32,000 bases of DNA from Acaryochloris marina S15 (GCF_018336915.1 NZ_CP064923.1:5160001-5192000); one strand, 5' to 3'. Positions 9,282-20,236 are shown, numbered from the stretch's first letter. Numbers and translations: made by a program. Notes: generated by a model not told the origin, from the letters alone.

Positions 9282-10391
9282 ATGAAGGTCAAAGCAGCGG
9301 TGGCCCATGCAGCCGGACAGCCCCTCACCATTGAGACAGTAGATTTAGAAGGCCCCAAAGCTGGGGAAGTCTTGGTAGAGATAAAGGCTACAGGGGTTTG
9401 CCATACAGATGCTTATACCTTGTCTGGTGCTGATCCAGAAGGCTTGTTCCCTGCCATCTTGGGCCATGAAGGAGCAGGAATCGTCGCAGAAGTCGGACCT
9501 GACGTTAAATCTCTCAAGCCTGGTGATCATGTCATTCCGCTGTATGTGCCGGAGTGCCGAGCTTGCGAATATTGCTTGAGCGGCAAGACCAACTTATGTC
9601 AGGCCATTCGTTCAACCCAAGGCAAAGGGGTAATGCCGAATGGCTCTAGTCGCTTTTCCCTGGGTAGTGACAAGTTATTTCACTATATGGGTACCTCCAC
9701 CTTTGCCAACTATACGGTGGTGCCTGAAATTTCTCTGGCCAAAATTCGTGAAGATGCCCCCTTTGATAAGGTCTGTTTGATTGGTTGTGGGGTAACAACA
9801 GGCATCGGAGCGGTCATCAATACAGCCAAAGTGGAGCCGGGGGCCAACGTGGTTGTCTTTGGTTTAGGGGGCATTGGTCTGAACGTGATTCAAGCTGCTC
9901 GTCTAGTGGGAGCCAATATGATTGTTGGGGTCGATCTCAATCCCGCCAAGCGGCCCCTAGCGGAAAAATTGGGCATGACCCATTTCGTTAATCCCAAAGA
10001 GGTGGAAGGAGATTTAGTCCCCTATCTCGTCGAGCTAACGAAAGGCGGGGCTGACTATAGCTTTGAATGTATTGGCAACATCGAGGTAATGCGCCAAGCT
10101 CTGGAATGCTGCCATAAGGGTTGGGGAGAAAGCATCATTATTGGGGTTGCAGGTGCGGGCCAAGAAATTAGCACCCGTCCCTTTCAACTTGTGACGGGAC
10201 GGGTCTGGAAAGGTACGGCCTTTGGGGGCGCAAAAGGACGCACCGATGTCCCTAAGATTGTCGATTGGTATATGGATGGCAAAATCGATATTGATTCCCT
10301 GGTCACCCACACTATGCCTCTAGACCAAATCAACACTGCTTTTGACTTGATGCATAAAGGGGAATCAATTCGGAGCGTGATTAGTTTTTAA
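9282..10391 (+). CDS. frmA: S-(hydroxymethyl)glutathione dehydrogenase / class III alcohol dehydrogenase, 369 aa
   Basis: Zn-ADH motifs [12 protein letters not shown] and GHEGAGIV, the structural-Zn Cys cluster [15 protein letters not shown], and GLGGIGL for NAD binding. An AGGAGA RBS lies upstream. Confidence 0.9.
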   Translation: MKVKAAVAHAAGQPLTIETVDLEGPKAGEVLVEIKATGVCHTDAYTLSGADPEGLFPAILGHEGAGIVAEVGPDVKSLKPGDHVIPLYVPECRACEYCLSGKTNLCQAIRSTQGKGVMPNGSSRFSLGSDKLFHYMGTSTFANYTVVPEISLAKIREDAPFDKVCLIGCGVTTGIGAVINTAKVEPGANVVVFGLGGIGLNVIQAARLVGANMIVGVDLNPAKRPLAEKLGMTHFVNPKEVEGDLVPYLVELTKGGADYSFECIGNIEVMRQALECCHKGWGESIIIGVAGAGQEISTRPFQLVTGRVWKGTAFGGAKGRTDVPKIVDWYMDGKIDIDSLVTHTMPLDQINTAFDLMHKGESIRSVISF

Positions 10392-10395
10392 CTGC

Positions 10396-11736
10396 CTATT
10401 CACCTGTAATAGATAACTCATCCACCCAGATTCTGGGGCAGATGCCACCAGGTGTGAGTTCTGCCTCAGATTCGATATAGATAATCGATTTGAGCAGTTC
10501 TCGGAAGTCTCCGGCAACAGTGGCAGATTCAACACTGACCCGCTTCCCATTGGTAACCAGCCAGCCATCAAAAGGCAGAGAGAAAGAGCCTTGAAGCGCT
10601 TTTACCCCAGCATGAAGGGCTTGAACATCATCAATAAAGACTACATTTTCGGCGGTTTCTAAGCTGTAGGTTTGCTCAGGTGTACTGGTAGAAAACACAT
10701 GGTAGAAATGAGGTCCCACAGAGACCTTTGCCCCTAGATTGGCATGACCCGTGGGCTGAGCATCGAGACGTTTAGCCGTGCCTGAACTATGGAGGAAATT
10801 CGTGAGCACCCCTTGATCGATAATGGGAATTCGTCGGGTGGGGGTTCCTTCATCATCAAAGGTGGTTTTACCCACGTTGTCAGCGTGGAGGGCATCATCG
10901 GCAACGGAGAGCAGGGATGATGCAATTTCTGTGCCTAAGGATTCAACCGTGGATAGGCTGCGATTGTCGAGCACGCTTTGAGCATTGAACAGGTTAGAGA
11001 AAGCACCCAGCAAACTGAGAAAAGCTTCAGCAGATAAGACAACGCGATATTTCCCAGAGGTAATCGGCTGATAGTTGAGGTGACTGATAGTCTTTTCTGC
11101 GGTTTCTTGCAGACAACCTTTAATGTCGAGCTGCTTGAGGCCTTGACTCACCCGGTAAGCACCCGCGCTACGGGGACGTCTGCCTTCCTGTTCAGTTTTG
11201 CTATAGAGATAAATCGAACTGGAAGAACGGGCCTCTTGCCGCATGGCACCCTCACTGTTGAGGTAGAACCGTTGGGCATCTCGCTGGGCTAAGCCATTGT
11301 AAGGAACACCTGCGATCGCATCATGGGCTGCCATCAACTTAGCTTCCGTCTGCACTAGGTTATCAATCAGAGTAGCGATTTCCGCTTGGGGCACCAGTTT
11401 AGATTGAGGTGCCTCTAGGTCTGAAGTCGCTTCTGGGCTGAAATCAGGCACATGCTCTTTCGCACCAAAGGCACTGGCTTCTTGGGCTGTTTTGAGCGCC
11501 AATTCTAGTCCCAGTTCATCGACTTCGCTTGTGGTGGTGACCCCCACGGTATTGGCTTCATTCCAAACTCGAACCATGACGCTAGAACGCTTGGAGGCTT
11601 TGACCTGTTTGGGTTCGCCTTGGTCAACTTGAACGCTGGCTTCATCCACCGTAGACCCACAGACATCAAATTTTTGGATGCCTAGGGATTGGGCTTTTTC
11701 TTTTGCGATCGCAGCGATGGTAGCAACATCAGACAC
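10396..11736 (-). CDS. pmbA: PmbA/TldE, the non-catalytic partner of the TldD metalloprotease, 446 aa
   Basis: TldD/PmbA-family length and pattern without an HExxxGH motif, sitting directly downstream of tldD. GTG start with an AGGAGA about 10 nt upstream. Confidence 0.85.
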   Translation of the reverse strand: MSDVATIAAIAKEKAQSLGIQKFDVCGSTVDEASVQVDQGEPKQVKASKRSSVMVRVWNEANTVGVTTTSEVDELGLELALKTAQEASAFGAKEHVPDFSPEATSDLEAPQSKLVPQAEIATLIDNLVQTEAKLMAAHDAIAGVPYNGLAQRDAQRFYLNSEGAMRQEARSSSSIYLYSKTEQEGRRPRSAGAYRVSQGLKQLDIKGCLQETAEKTISHLNYQPITSGKYRVVLSAEAFLSLLGAFSNLFNAQSVLDNRSLSTVESLGTEIASSLLSVADDALHADNVGKTTFDDEGTPTRRIPIIDQGVLTNFLHSSGTAKRLDAQPTGHANLGAKVSVGPHFYHVFSTSTPEQTYSLETAENVVFIDDVQALHAGVKALQGSFSLPFDGWLVTNGKRVSVESATVAGDFRELLKSIIYIESEAELTPGGICPRIWVDELSITGE

Positions 11737-11816
11737 GCTAACGGGTTCTCCTATTTTTTAGGTGTATTATTCTTGAATTTTTAGGTGCAATCTCTTAAGA
11801 GGTCTGTAGTGATGCT

Positions 11817-13286
11817 TTAGCGACCACCCACCGTAATCTCATCCACCTTGATATGGGGTTGTCCCACCGTGACGTAAATACTGCCACTAATGGAACCGCA
11901 GAATCCTGCCGCTAAGCCCAAATCCTGGGAAGACATGGAAATTCGCTTCATAATTTCCTTGGCTTCCCCAATCAAAGTTGCGCCCTTGAGCGGCTTGGTG
12001 ATTTTGCCATTCTCAATCAGATAGGCTTCATCCACACCAAAGTTAAACTCTCCAGTCGGACCGACGCTGCCGCCGCCCATCTTTTTGCAATAAATGCCCT
12101 TTTCTACCGAGTTAAATAAATCATCATTGGTGAAATTACCCGGGGCAATATAGGTATTTCGCATGCGGCTCGCTGCAGCATGGGTATAGCTCTGCCGACG
12201 ACCACTGCCAGTGCGAGGGTGGCCCGTACGGATACAGCCCGCTCGGTCAGATAGGAAGTTTTTGAGGATGCCATTCTCAATCAGTAGAGTGCGCTGCACT
12301 GGCATACCTTCATCGTCCATATCAATGGAACCAAAGGCATTGGGAGATAAACCTTCATCCCAGGCCGTCAGGTTCTCATGGGCGATTTTTTGACCTTTCA
12401 TATCCGAGAAAGGGCTCGTCTGGCGCTCAATTTGGGTTGTCTCTAACAAATGACCACAAGCTTCATGGAAGATCACCCCGCCAAACTCATTAGCCATAAT
12501 GATCGGGTAATTACCAGACTCCACATAGTCTGCATGAAGCATTTGGCCTGCAGATTCTGAAACTTCTGCTGAATCTCCTGCATATTGCCAAGAACGGAGA
12601 AAGTTGGGATTATTGGTGGCACCGACTCGCTTATTAATGGAAGCGCGGTCACTCCCTTCGGCACAGAGCAAACTATAGCCCACAGATTGGGTCAAACGAA
12701 TATCACGAGCAAACACCCCATCACTGGCGGCAACTAGCACCTCTTGCCAATCTCGGAAGTAGGTGGCTCGGCGAGATTGGACATGCTTCGCATCTTTATC
12801 CAATTGGGCATTAGCAGTCAGCAAAATATCGCCCATTTCCTGCATGGAGCTACAGTTGGCAAGCCAAGCCTCTTTGCCATTAGTAGAGGCATAGTCCCGC
12901 AGCAGATCTAAATTAATTTCAGGGACAAACGCCTGAGGACTGGGTAGGTTTAACCCCAAAATGGAGAGGGCTTTTTCTAAGGCCGATTTCAGGCCCTTAA
13001 AACTCATATCATTGGTGCTGACGTAGCAATCCCCCTTGCCCAAAAATACGCGTACGCCCGCTCCCGCAACCAGTCGAGGAGAGATGCTAGTGATGGCATC
13101 TTCTTCTGCGAGACAACTAATGTAGTTGACCCGCTCTAGGAAAAACTCCACAAAGTCGGCTCCAGCAGCTCGGCCTAACCCCAATAGCGTGGACAAAGGC
13201 GATCGCCAGGTATCGTCAAAGCGATCGCGCGTTGCAGAATAATCTAGGGTCGGCAGTTCTCGGGAAAGCAGCGCAGTTGGAGACAT
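11817..13286 (-). CDS. tldD: TldD metalloprotease, 489 aa from ATG 13286
   Basis: The motif HEACGHLLE (HExxxGH) and a Gly-rich C-terminus ([14 protein letters not shown]). The ORF-track start at 13313 is a TTG nine codons upstream. I prefer the ATG, but the choice is uncertain. Confidence 0.88.
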   Translation of the reverse strand: MSPTALLSRELPTLDYSATRDRFDDTWRSPLSTLLGLGRAAGADFVEFFLERVNYISCLAEEDAITSISPRLVAGAGVRVFLGKGDCYVSTNDMSFKGLKSALEKALSILGLNLPSPQAFVPEINLDLLRDYASTNGKEAWLANCSSMQEMGDILLTANAQLDKDAKHVQSRRATYFRDWQEVLVAASDGVFARDIRLTQSVGYSLLCAEGSDRASINKRVGATNNPNFLRSWQYAGDSAEVSESAGQMLHADYVESGNYPIIMANEFGGVIFHEACGHLLETTQIERQTSPFSDMKGQKIAHENLTAWDEGLSPNAFGSIDMDDEGMPVQRTLLIENGILKNFLSDRAGCIRTGHPRTGSGRRQSYTHAAASRMRNTYIAPGNFTNDDLFNSVEKGIYCKKMGGGSVGPTGEFNFGVDEAYLIENGKITKPLKGATLIGEAKEIMKRISMSSQDLGLAAGFCGSISGSIYVTVGQPHIKVDEITVGGR

Positions 13287-13725
13287 AAATGGAGTGATCC
13301 AAATTGATTGCAAATGGGCAAAAATGACTCAGCTAATCTGATGGGAAGGGCTGATGTAGTAAGTGTAACAAAATCAGCTAATGCCTTCAGACCCAGCTCA
13401 AATCCGTGTAGATATATTTCCTGAGCTCAAAAATTATTCTTTCAATCCCACTCGATTGAAACAAGGATAAAATCCATCCATACCAACAAAAATCATCAAA
13501 ATTTTGTAAATGCTGCTGATTTACCCAAGAACAGTGCGAGGAGAGGTATTGATTGTCCTGGGAGCAAAATTTCTACGATTGTTTCGGCCAGTATATATAT
13601 GGTATTGATAGGTCACGACTGATTCAGTCTGCATTAGCCTTGGATTTTCCCCATAACCCAAAGTATTTGGGAATACACCGTTTTTTTATCTGCACATTTA
13701 ATTAACTTTATAGATTTTTATAGTC

Positions 13726-15753
13726 ATGGAGAATAACTCATCCAAGCGGGAACTGCTCGTTAGAAACAATTTTTCTCCTTCAAACGAAAAATTAATCAAG
13801 AGTGGCTATGTAGATCAAGCACGCTTGCGAGAAGCGATTTATGAAAGTCGGCGAAAGGGACGCTCGCTACTAGCGATTCTCCAGAAGATGACGGGGAAAC
13901 CTTTGCCTCCCCGGCTTCTCCGTCAGATTAAGCGTCAGCAGCTATTTGAACTCAAAATTCTCTATGGGCTGGATTGCCTCGATCCTGAGCTCACCCAGGT
14001 TGACTTTGACGAAATTGATCGACTGATTCGCACGGTCATCCCCCTCGACTATTGTCGTCGCTATCAGATTTTGCCCCTAGCCTGCAATGATGATGTCGAT
14101 CCACCTGTTGTCCGGCTGGGGATGGTCAACCCAGATCACCTCAGTGCCATTGATGATGTTGACTATTTGCTGCGCTCCAATGGAATGACCTTTCAGCGGG
14201 TTGTTCTGGATTTGGATACCTTTCAAATGCTGATTGCCAAATTCTTAGACGCTCAAGCCAAACGTCAGGCAACCATCCAAGAAAATCTGCCCGTCGAATA
14301 CGGACTGGAAGATGATCTAGATCGCCTAGGAGGAATTGAAGATCTATCTACCAATGATGCAGATATCAATCTCGATGAGGCCCTTCTAGATGAGAATGCG
14401 GCACCCGTCATTTCTTTGGTCAATAAGATATTGGCAAAAGCGTTGCAAAACGACATTTCTGATATTCATATTGAGCCGCAAGAAGACAATTTGCGCGTTC
14501 GCTTTCGTAAAGACGGCCTACTGCACAATGCTTTTGCACCCCTACCACGTCGCATTGCTCCCGCGTTAGTCTCTCGTTTCAAGATCATCGCTAACCTAGA
14601 TATTGCGGAACGGCGTTTACCCCAAGATGGCCGGATTCTTCGGTTATTTCAAGGCCGCAAAGTTGACTTTCGAGTCAGCACCTTACCCAGCCGCTATGGC
14701 GAGAAGGTGGTTTTGCGGATTTTAGACAACTCTGCCATGCAGTTGGGTCTCAACAACCTAATTGACGATGAAGCCAGCCTTGAGATTGTACGGGAAATGG
14801 TAGCTCGCCCGTTTGGGTTGATTTTGGTTACAGGCCCCACCGGTTCTGGTAAAACGACGACTCTATATTCAGCCTTGACTGAGCGTAATACGCCTGAGGT
14901 GAATATCAGTACCGTTGAAGATCCCATTGAATATACCCTGCAGGGAATTACCCAAGTTCAAGTCCTGCGGGAAAAAGGCATGGACTTCGCATCCATTCTG
15001 CGGGCCTTTCTGCGACAAGACCCGGATGTCCTACTTGTGGGTGAGACTCGGGACAAGGAAACTGCAAAAACGGCGATTGAGGCAGCGTTAACTGGTCACT
15101 TGGTGTTAACGACCTTGCACACCAACGATGCAGCCAGCGCCATTGTGCGTTTGGCAGAGATGGATGTGGAACCGTTTATGGTCTCGGCGTCCTTATTGGG
15201 TGTGGTTGCCCAGCGACTGGTTCGTCGCCTTTGTCCAGACTGTCGGATTCCCTATCGTCCTTCCCCAGAAAAGCTGGCTCAGTTCGGGTTAATGGCTTCC
15301 GCCAAAACGGAGGTCACCTTTTACAAAGCAAATACCTCCACGTCAGACGATATTTTGGCAACGGCAAACACCGAAGACGCTTGCCCCACCTGTGCTGGCA
15401 TTGGTTACTCCGGGCGATGCGGGGTCTATGAAGTCATGCAGGTAACTGAAAAGTTAAAGGGACTAATTACCGAAGGAGCCCCGACAGAGCACATCAAAGA
15501 AGTAGCTGTCGAAGAAGGGATGCAAACCTTGCTAGCCTACAGCCTGAATCTGGTTGAAAAAGGCGCAACGTCCCTAGAAGAGGTAGAACGAGTCACCTTC
15601 TCCGATAGTGGATTGAAAACAGAGCTAAAAGCGAAGCGCAAGACCGCACTGAACTGTCTGGTTTGCAATGCAGGGCTCTTACCGGAGTGGTTGGACTGTC
15701 CTTACTGCCTGACGCCCAGATTTGCAGAGCATAATCCTGCCAATCAACTCTAA
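13726..15753 (+). CDS. pilB: Type IV pilus assembly ATPase PilB (GspE/PulE family), 675 aa
   Basis: T2SSE_N-type N-terminal region, Walker A GPTGSGKTTT, Walker B DPDVLLVGETRD, His box GHLVLTTLHTND, and the tetracysteine CPDC...CPTC. An additional C-terminal CxxC-x10-CxxC lies at 15655-15708. Confidence 0.9.
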   Translation: MENNSSKRELLVRNNFSPSNEKLIKSGYVDQARLREAIYESRRKGRSLLAILQKMTGKPLPPRLLRQIKRQQLFELKILYGLDCLDPELTQVDFDEIDRLIRTVIPLDYCRRYQILPLACNDDVDPPVVRLGMVNPDHLSAIDDVDYLLRSNGMTFQRVVLDLDTFQMLIAKFLDAQAKRQATIQENLPVEYGLEDDLDRLGGIEDLSTNDADINLDEALLDENAAPVISLVNKILAKALQNDISDIHIEPQEDNLRVRFRKDGLLHNAFAPLPRRIAPALVSRFKIIANLDIAERRLPQDGRILRLFQGRKVDFRVSTLPSRYGEKVVLRILDNSAMQLGLNNLIDDEASLEIVREMVARPFGLILVTGPTGSGKTTTLYSALTERNTPEVNISTVEDPIEYTLQGITQVQVLREKGMDFASILRAFLRQDPDVLLVGETRDKETAKTAIEAALTGHLVLTTLHTNDAASAIVRLAEMDVEPFMVSASLLGVVAQRLVRRLCPDCRIPYRPSPEKLAQFGLMASAKTEVTFYKANTSTSDDILATANTEDACPTCAGIGYSGRCGVYEVMQVTEKLKGLITEGAPTEHIKEVAVEEGMQTLLAYSLNLVEKGATSLEEVERVTFSDSGLKTELKAKRKTALNCLVCNAGLLPEWLDCPYCLTPRFAEHNPANQL

Positions 15754-15797
15754 ACCGTCTTGCTCTAAAGGGATCGGGTTATGGCAAGCTGTGAACT

Positions 15798-16973
15798 ATG
15801 AGCTTGCCCCATTTGCTATTCCTAACTGAACGTTTCCCCCCAGATATAGGAGGTGTATCCCGCAGTGCAGGACGGATTGTTGCATCTCTGCAAAGCTTAG
15901 GCATCACCGTAGATGTGGTGACCTGGAGTCGTTATCTCCAGCCGGGTGAGGTGAGTGCAGAGCAGATGGGTTTGGGCAAGGTCTATCGGCTGGGGTTATA
16001 TCGCCATTGGGATGCCACGATGCCCCATACTCTCAATATTTTGGAGGGTCTGCACCAGGCTTCCCCGTTTCAGGCCGTATGGGGACATTATTTATTCCCT
16101 GCCGGTTTTTTAGGGGTGTGGTTTGGCCGACAACATCAAATACCAACGATTGTCAGTGCGCGGGGGAATGACATTGATCGAGAATTGTTTCCTCCCGGAG
16201 ACTTTGCTCGCTTGCAGTGGACGCTCACCCATGCCTCGACTCTCACCGCAGTCAGCCAAGATATGGCCCACAAGATGCAGCTGGTTTGCGATGGCCTGCG
16301 ACCGGCCTGCGGCAATCGCACTAACATAACCGTTCTTCCCAACACCCTCGATTGCGAGGTTTTTCATCCCCTGCCCGGTGGCGAACTGAAAGACCTGCGC
16401 CACACCTTAGGCATTGCCGACCAGGAAATCGTTTTGGGTTTTTCGGGAGAGCTGAGAGAAAAGAAAGGTCAGCGATTTTTATTGCAGGCGCTCACTCAGA
16501 TTCGAGCACAGCGTCCAGCCTGTCTATTGATTATTGGCGAGCTGCGTTCTGCTGCCCAGTCGTTGCTACAAACTTTTGCCATCGATCATCCCGATCATGC
16601 AGCTCGGGTGATTGTCACAGGCCAGATATCAGAACCTGAGCGAATCGTTCAGCACTTGAATCTCTGTGATGTCTATCTACAGCCCTCTTTATGGGAAGGA
16701 ATGCCCAATGCTTTACTAGAAGCAATGGCTTGTGAACGCTGCTGCATTGCTAGCGATGCGGGCGGCATCCCAGAGGTAATTGAGTCAGGGCAAACGGGAT
16801 GGTTGTTGCCGCGATCTCAGCTGCATCGTTTGGACGATGCTATTTTGGACTGTTTGTCATTATCTGCAGAAGAGCGTCAGCAGATGGGACAACGAGCCCG
16901 TCAGTTTGTCCAAACGCGCCATGCCTTGATACAAGAAAGAACGCAGTTAGAACAATTGATGCGAGCGCTCTAA
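15798..16973 (+). CDS. Glycosyltransferase family 4 (GT-B, retaining type), 391 aa
   Basis: N-terminal FPPDIGGVSR and a C-terminal EX7E region (WEGMPNALLEAMACERCCIASDAGGIPEVI). It starts 44 nt after pilB. Confidence 0.85.
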   Translation: MSLPHLLFLTERFPPDIGGVSRSAGRIVASLQSLGITVDVVTWSRYLQPGEVSAEQMGLGKVYRLGLYRHWDATMPHTLNILEGLHQASPFQAVWGHYLFPAGFLGVWFGRQHQIPTIVSARGNDIDRELFPPGDFARLQWTLTHASTLTAVSQDMAHKMQLVCDGLRPACGNRTNITVLPNTLDCEVFHPLPGGELKDLRHTLGIADQEIVLGFSGELREKKGQRFLLQALTQIRAQRPACLLIIGELRSAAQSLLQTFAIDHPDHAARVIVTGQISEPERIVQHLNLCDVYLQPSLWEGMPNALLEAMACERCCIASDAGGIPEVIESGQTGWLLPRSQLHRLDDAILDCLSLSAEERQQMGQRARQFVQTRHALIQERTQLEQLMRAL

Positions 16974-17008
16974 TGCCTGACTCTTTTTTTTGAAATCTCA
17001 CCTCACAA

Positions 17009-17055
17009 GTGGTGGCAGCCCTGTTTTGTGGATAGTCAAACAGGGCTGCCACCAC
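17009..17055. terminator. Bidirectional hairpin terminator between the convergent GT4 and rplY genes
   Basis: Perfect 18-bp stem, gtggtggcagccctgttt (17009-17026) paired with aaacagggctgccaccac (17038-17055), and an 11-nt loop. The flanking T tracts are only weak. Confidence 0.65.
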
Positions 17056-17074
17056 TCGTTTCTAAAGGGAGTTA

Positions 17075-17692
17075 TTACTCGTCTGCAGTGGTAGGTTCGT
17101 CTGCAGCACTTGTCTCTTCATCGGAACTAGAAGGACCAGCAGGGGGCAAGATAGACACCACAATGCGATTTTCTTCCCCACTGGAAACGACGCCTTTAGG
17201 CAAACTTAGATCCTTGACATGAATTGCATCTCCCACCTTCAGCGCACTAATATCCACTTCAATAAATTCGGGAATGCTCTTTGGATCACATTGCAACTCT
17301 AATGAAGTGAGCACTGTATCCAATGAGCCATTTTCGTTCTTAACACCAACAGGCTCGCCATTGAAATGCAATGGGGCTGTAATCGTTACACTATCTTGTC
17401 CCGAAATGGCAAAAAAGCTTAGATGGTAGAGATTTCCTTTCCACGGATGAGTTTGAACATCACGAAGAAGAGAGAGGCAGTTGAGAGAGAGCTCAGGAAC
17501 GTTGACCTTGACTAAGGTATTATTGACCTCCACTGCAGTCAACATTTTTTCTGCCAGCACAGCTGACAGACTCAAGGAGACTGATTCCGCTTTTTTGTGA
17601 CCATAGAGAACCACGGGAATTTGCCCTTCCCTGCGTAGCTGCCTGGGGTTTATACCACTCTTTCGCGGTTCACACTCAATTGTGAAATCCAT
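17075..17692 (-). CDS. rplY: 50S ribosomal protein L25 / general stress protein Ctc, 205 aa
   Basis: N-terminus ...PRKSGINPRQLRREGQIPVVLYGHKK is typical of L25/Ctc. It has the two-domain Ctc length and an acidic C-terminal tail. Confidence 0.9.
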   Translation of the reverse strand: MDFTIECEPRKSGINPRQLRREGQIPVVLYGHKKAESVSLSLSAVLAEKMLTAVEVNNTLVKVNVPELSLNCLSLLRDVQTHPWKGNLYHLSFFAISGQDSVTITAPLHFNGEPVGVKNENGSLDTVLTSLELQCDPKSIPEFIEVDISALKVGDAIHVKDLSLPKGVVSSGEENRIVVSILPPAGPSSSDEETSAADEPTTADE

Positions 17693-18060
17693 AAAAAATC
17701 CTTTAGAAGAAACATCTTTGCTGATCGCCTAGCTAACCAAAAGCTAAAGCGCTGGCCCCAGAAACAGGTCTGAAAACTTGGCCATCAAGTGCAAGAGTGT
17801 ATTAATGAGGACAATAAAGACTCACCAAACTACTAATGAGAGAACAAAATAGCGAACACTGCCTGTGCATAGAAAAGTCTACAACATAGGCTTGCAGTTA
17901 TTCCATGGCACTGTACTGCTCTCAGGAGTACGTCTTACCCCATCACTATAGCCTCAACAGATACTAAATAGAATGACAAATTATTGTGTTTTGGGCGGCC
18001 TAGATTGACCTACGACAGCACGAATGTTCAATAGAAATCTACTAACACTTCCCCATTGCA

Positions 18061-19236
18061 TCAGGGACAGGCTCCGTCTAGACGTTGATAACAATCAATG
18101 AGTTTTTGGGTGGAATGCTGCCAAGTGTAGTGGTTCTCAATGTGTAATCGCGCAGCCTGAGACAGCCTCAACCCTAGTTCTGGATTGGCTCTGAGTCGAA
18201 GCAATCCATCTTTGATAGCTTTGGCAGATCCGGGACGAACCGCCAGAAAATGGGTATCAGATATCCCTAATGCTTGAACAACTGGGAGATCACTCGTAAT
18301 TACAGGTGTCCCAGACGCCATCCCCTCTAGAACTTTCAACGGACAACAGCCTTGGACACAGTTGCGATCGTTGGGTTTCAAAGGAGCAAGAATGACATCT
18401 GCCTCATGCATCTGCTGACAGAGATCTCGCTGGGAGAGCGGTTTTAGAATGTGCAGGCGCTTGTCTACGCCTAATTTAGTGGCGAGTTTAGTCAGGGATT
18501 TTACCTGCTTTGGCTTTGCTGGCCCCACAATCGTCAGAGTAGCTGGAAAGTTTCGACAGTAGAGTCCTAAGGCTTCAATTGCCAAATCCACCCCTTGCCA
18601 AGCAGATAAAGTTCCAAAGTACAGTAGACGCAAGCTCTCAGGATCCATCTGTGGGGCTTGATAGGAAAAGAGTTCTAGATTGACGCCGTTGGCAATTACC
18701 TGAATTTTGTCTGGGGAGACACCGCGCTGAATTAAATAGTCACGATTGACGGTACTAACGGTAATCACTCGATCGGCTTGCTCTAGGCAAATCTCTTCTT
18801 GAGCCATCAGCTTATGCATCAGTTCGCGATCATCAGCCACCCGTGGATAGCGATATTTCAACTCAATAGAAGGTAAGCCATTCACTTCCAGAATCAGGGT
18901 CTGACAATACTTTGACTTTTGCTGGGCAATAGGGAATCCTTCATACATCGACCGCACATGAATGACATCAAATCGTTGGCCGACCAACCACTGCTCAAGC
19001 TGCTGCCGAAACGTGATCACTCGGTCAATCAATGTCTTACCATGGGCAGGGAAAGCAGTATGAATGACCCCCGGCCATCGTTCTATGGTGGGAGCTATCT
19101 CTGGAGTGGGTGAAACACTGACGAATTGGACAGGCCCATGCCATTGGGCTAGGGCTTGGGTAAAAGCAGCAATATGAATCGCTGCTCCTTTGGGGGCAGG
19201 GACTACATCGAAGCAAAAATAAGCAAACTCTGGCAT
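18061..19236 (-). CDS. Glycosyltransferase family 4, 391 aa
   Basis: GT-B pattern with a C-terminal LKVLEGMASGTPVITSDLPVV (EX7E-like region). Confidence 0.8.
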   Translation of the reverse strand: MPEFAYFCFDVVPAPKGAAIHIAAFTQALAQWHGPVQFVSVSPTPEIAPTIERWPGVIHTAFPAHGKTLIDRVITFRQQLEQWLVGQRFDVIHVRSMYEGFPIAQQKSKYCQTLILEVNGLPSIELKYRYPRVADDRELMHKLMAQEEICLEQADRVITVSTVNRDYLIQRGVSPDKIQVIANGVNLELFSYQAPQMDPESLRLLYFGTLSAWQGVDLAIEALGLYCRNFPATLTIVGPAKPKQVKSLTKLATKLGVDKRLHILKPLSQRDLCQQMHEADVILAPLKPNDRNCVQGCCPLKVLEGMASGTPVITSDLPVVQALGISDTHFLAVRPGSAKAIKDGLLRLRANPELGLRLSQAARLHIENHYTWQHSTQKLIDCYQRLDGACP

Positions 19237-19318
19237 GAAAGAGAGATTAGCAATAAATTCAGCTATACCCTATGCTAGGGCTTGATTAAAAGCCATACAG
19301 TCTGAAGAGGAATCTCAA

Positions 19319-20236
19319 ATGTCCCTCGATCTTGCAACCTATAGTCGGCAGGCGAAGTATGAGCACATCGGTTTTGCAAGCGATATACAGACTGACTTAG
19401 CAGAATTGGCAGACCGAGCACAGGTAGCACATGCTAGAAATCGTCAATATAAGCGCACCACCATCTTTACTTGGGTAATTTTGTTCATCTCATTTATGAT
19501 GGGCCTCTTAATTCCGCCCATATTTTTGATAGTTCCCATTGCCATTGGAGAACTCCTGGTCTTATGGTTTCTCAAGTCAAAGGAAAAACGGTGGTCAATC
19601 CCGAAAGAACGATATGTTTTGGCTTCTGGGCTTATCCAAAAGGTCACACGTGATATGGAGATAGAGCCCTCTCTGCATTTATTTCTAGATGGCTATCCCA
19701 CCAAAAGTAAACATAAAAAGATTGATACATTGCCGGATCCTAAACGGGCCAAGTGGAAAATCGATCGCTATGCTGATCCTTGGCTGTTGCTTGAAGGTCA
19801 ATTTCTAGATCAAACCGAATTTACGCTGACTTTGAACGAATTTTACATCGAAAAATATGGCTGGACACGCAACCCGAGAGGCAAGCATAAACACAAGCGC
19901 AAAGAAAAGCCGAAAGGACTATCCCTCACCTTAACCCTGCGATTCCAACGCAAAAAATATGGTGCAGTCACTGTGCTAGGGGATTCTTTACAAGCGGCAA
20001 TTAAACTTCCCAACAACATGGTCAAAGTAAAACGACTCAAAATGAATGATCGCACATTGACTCTTACCCTTAAAGTCCCTCACCATGGCCTGATGGATAA
20101 TGCTCCTAATCCCCCCTATGGCTTGATCAAGCAATCTAGCGTGGAGTGGCTAGAGCAATTAATTACACAAATGTTTTTGAGTTTGTACCATGTGCTTAAT
20201 TTGGCTCAAAAGTTATCGAAAGTAACTTCGTCTTAA
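19319..20236 (+). CDS. Hypothetical membrane protein, 305 aa: two adjacent TM helices plus a Lys-rich soluble domain
   Basis: Long ORF with ATG start. The hydrophobic stretch is TTIFTWVILFISFMMGLLIPPIFLIVPIAIGELLVLWFL. There is a highly basic segment RGKHKHKRKEKPKG. I recognise no family. By eye it looks more AT-rich than its neighbours. Confidence 0.6.
   Translation: MSLDLATYSRQAKYEHIGFASDIQTDLAELADRAQVAHARNRQYKRTTIFTWVILFISFMMGLLIPPIFLIVPIAIGELLVLWFLKSKEKRWSIPKERYVLASGLIQKVTRDMEIEPSLHLFLDGYPTKSKHKKIDTLPDPKRAKWKIDRYADPWLLLEGQFLDQTEFTLTLNEFYIEKYGWTRNPRGKHKHKRKEKPKGLSLTLTLRFQRKKYGAVTVLGDSLQAAIKLPNNMVKVKRLKMNDRTLTLTLKVPHHGLMDNAPNPPYGLIKQSSVEWLEQLITQMFLSLYHVLNLAQKLSKVTSS

Noticed and set aside
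13439-13462. A CRISPR-repeat-like element CTTTCAATCCCACTCGATTGAAAC: an 8-bp stem TTTCAATC/GATTGAAA ending in the ATTGAAAC handle seen in many cyanobacterial repeats.
   Set aside because: It is a single copy, with no repeat-spacer periodicity and no cas genes in the window. It is most simply a small intergenic hairpin in the tldD/pilB divergent region.
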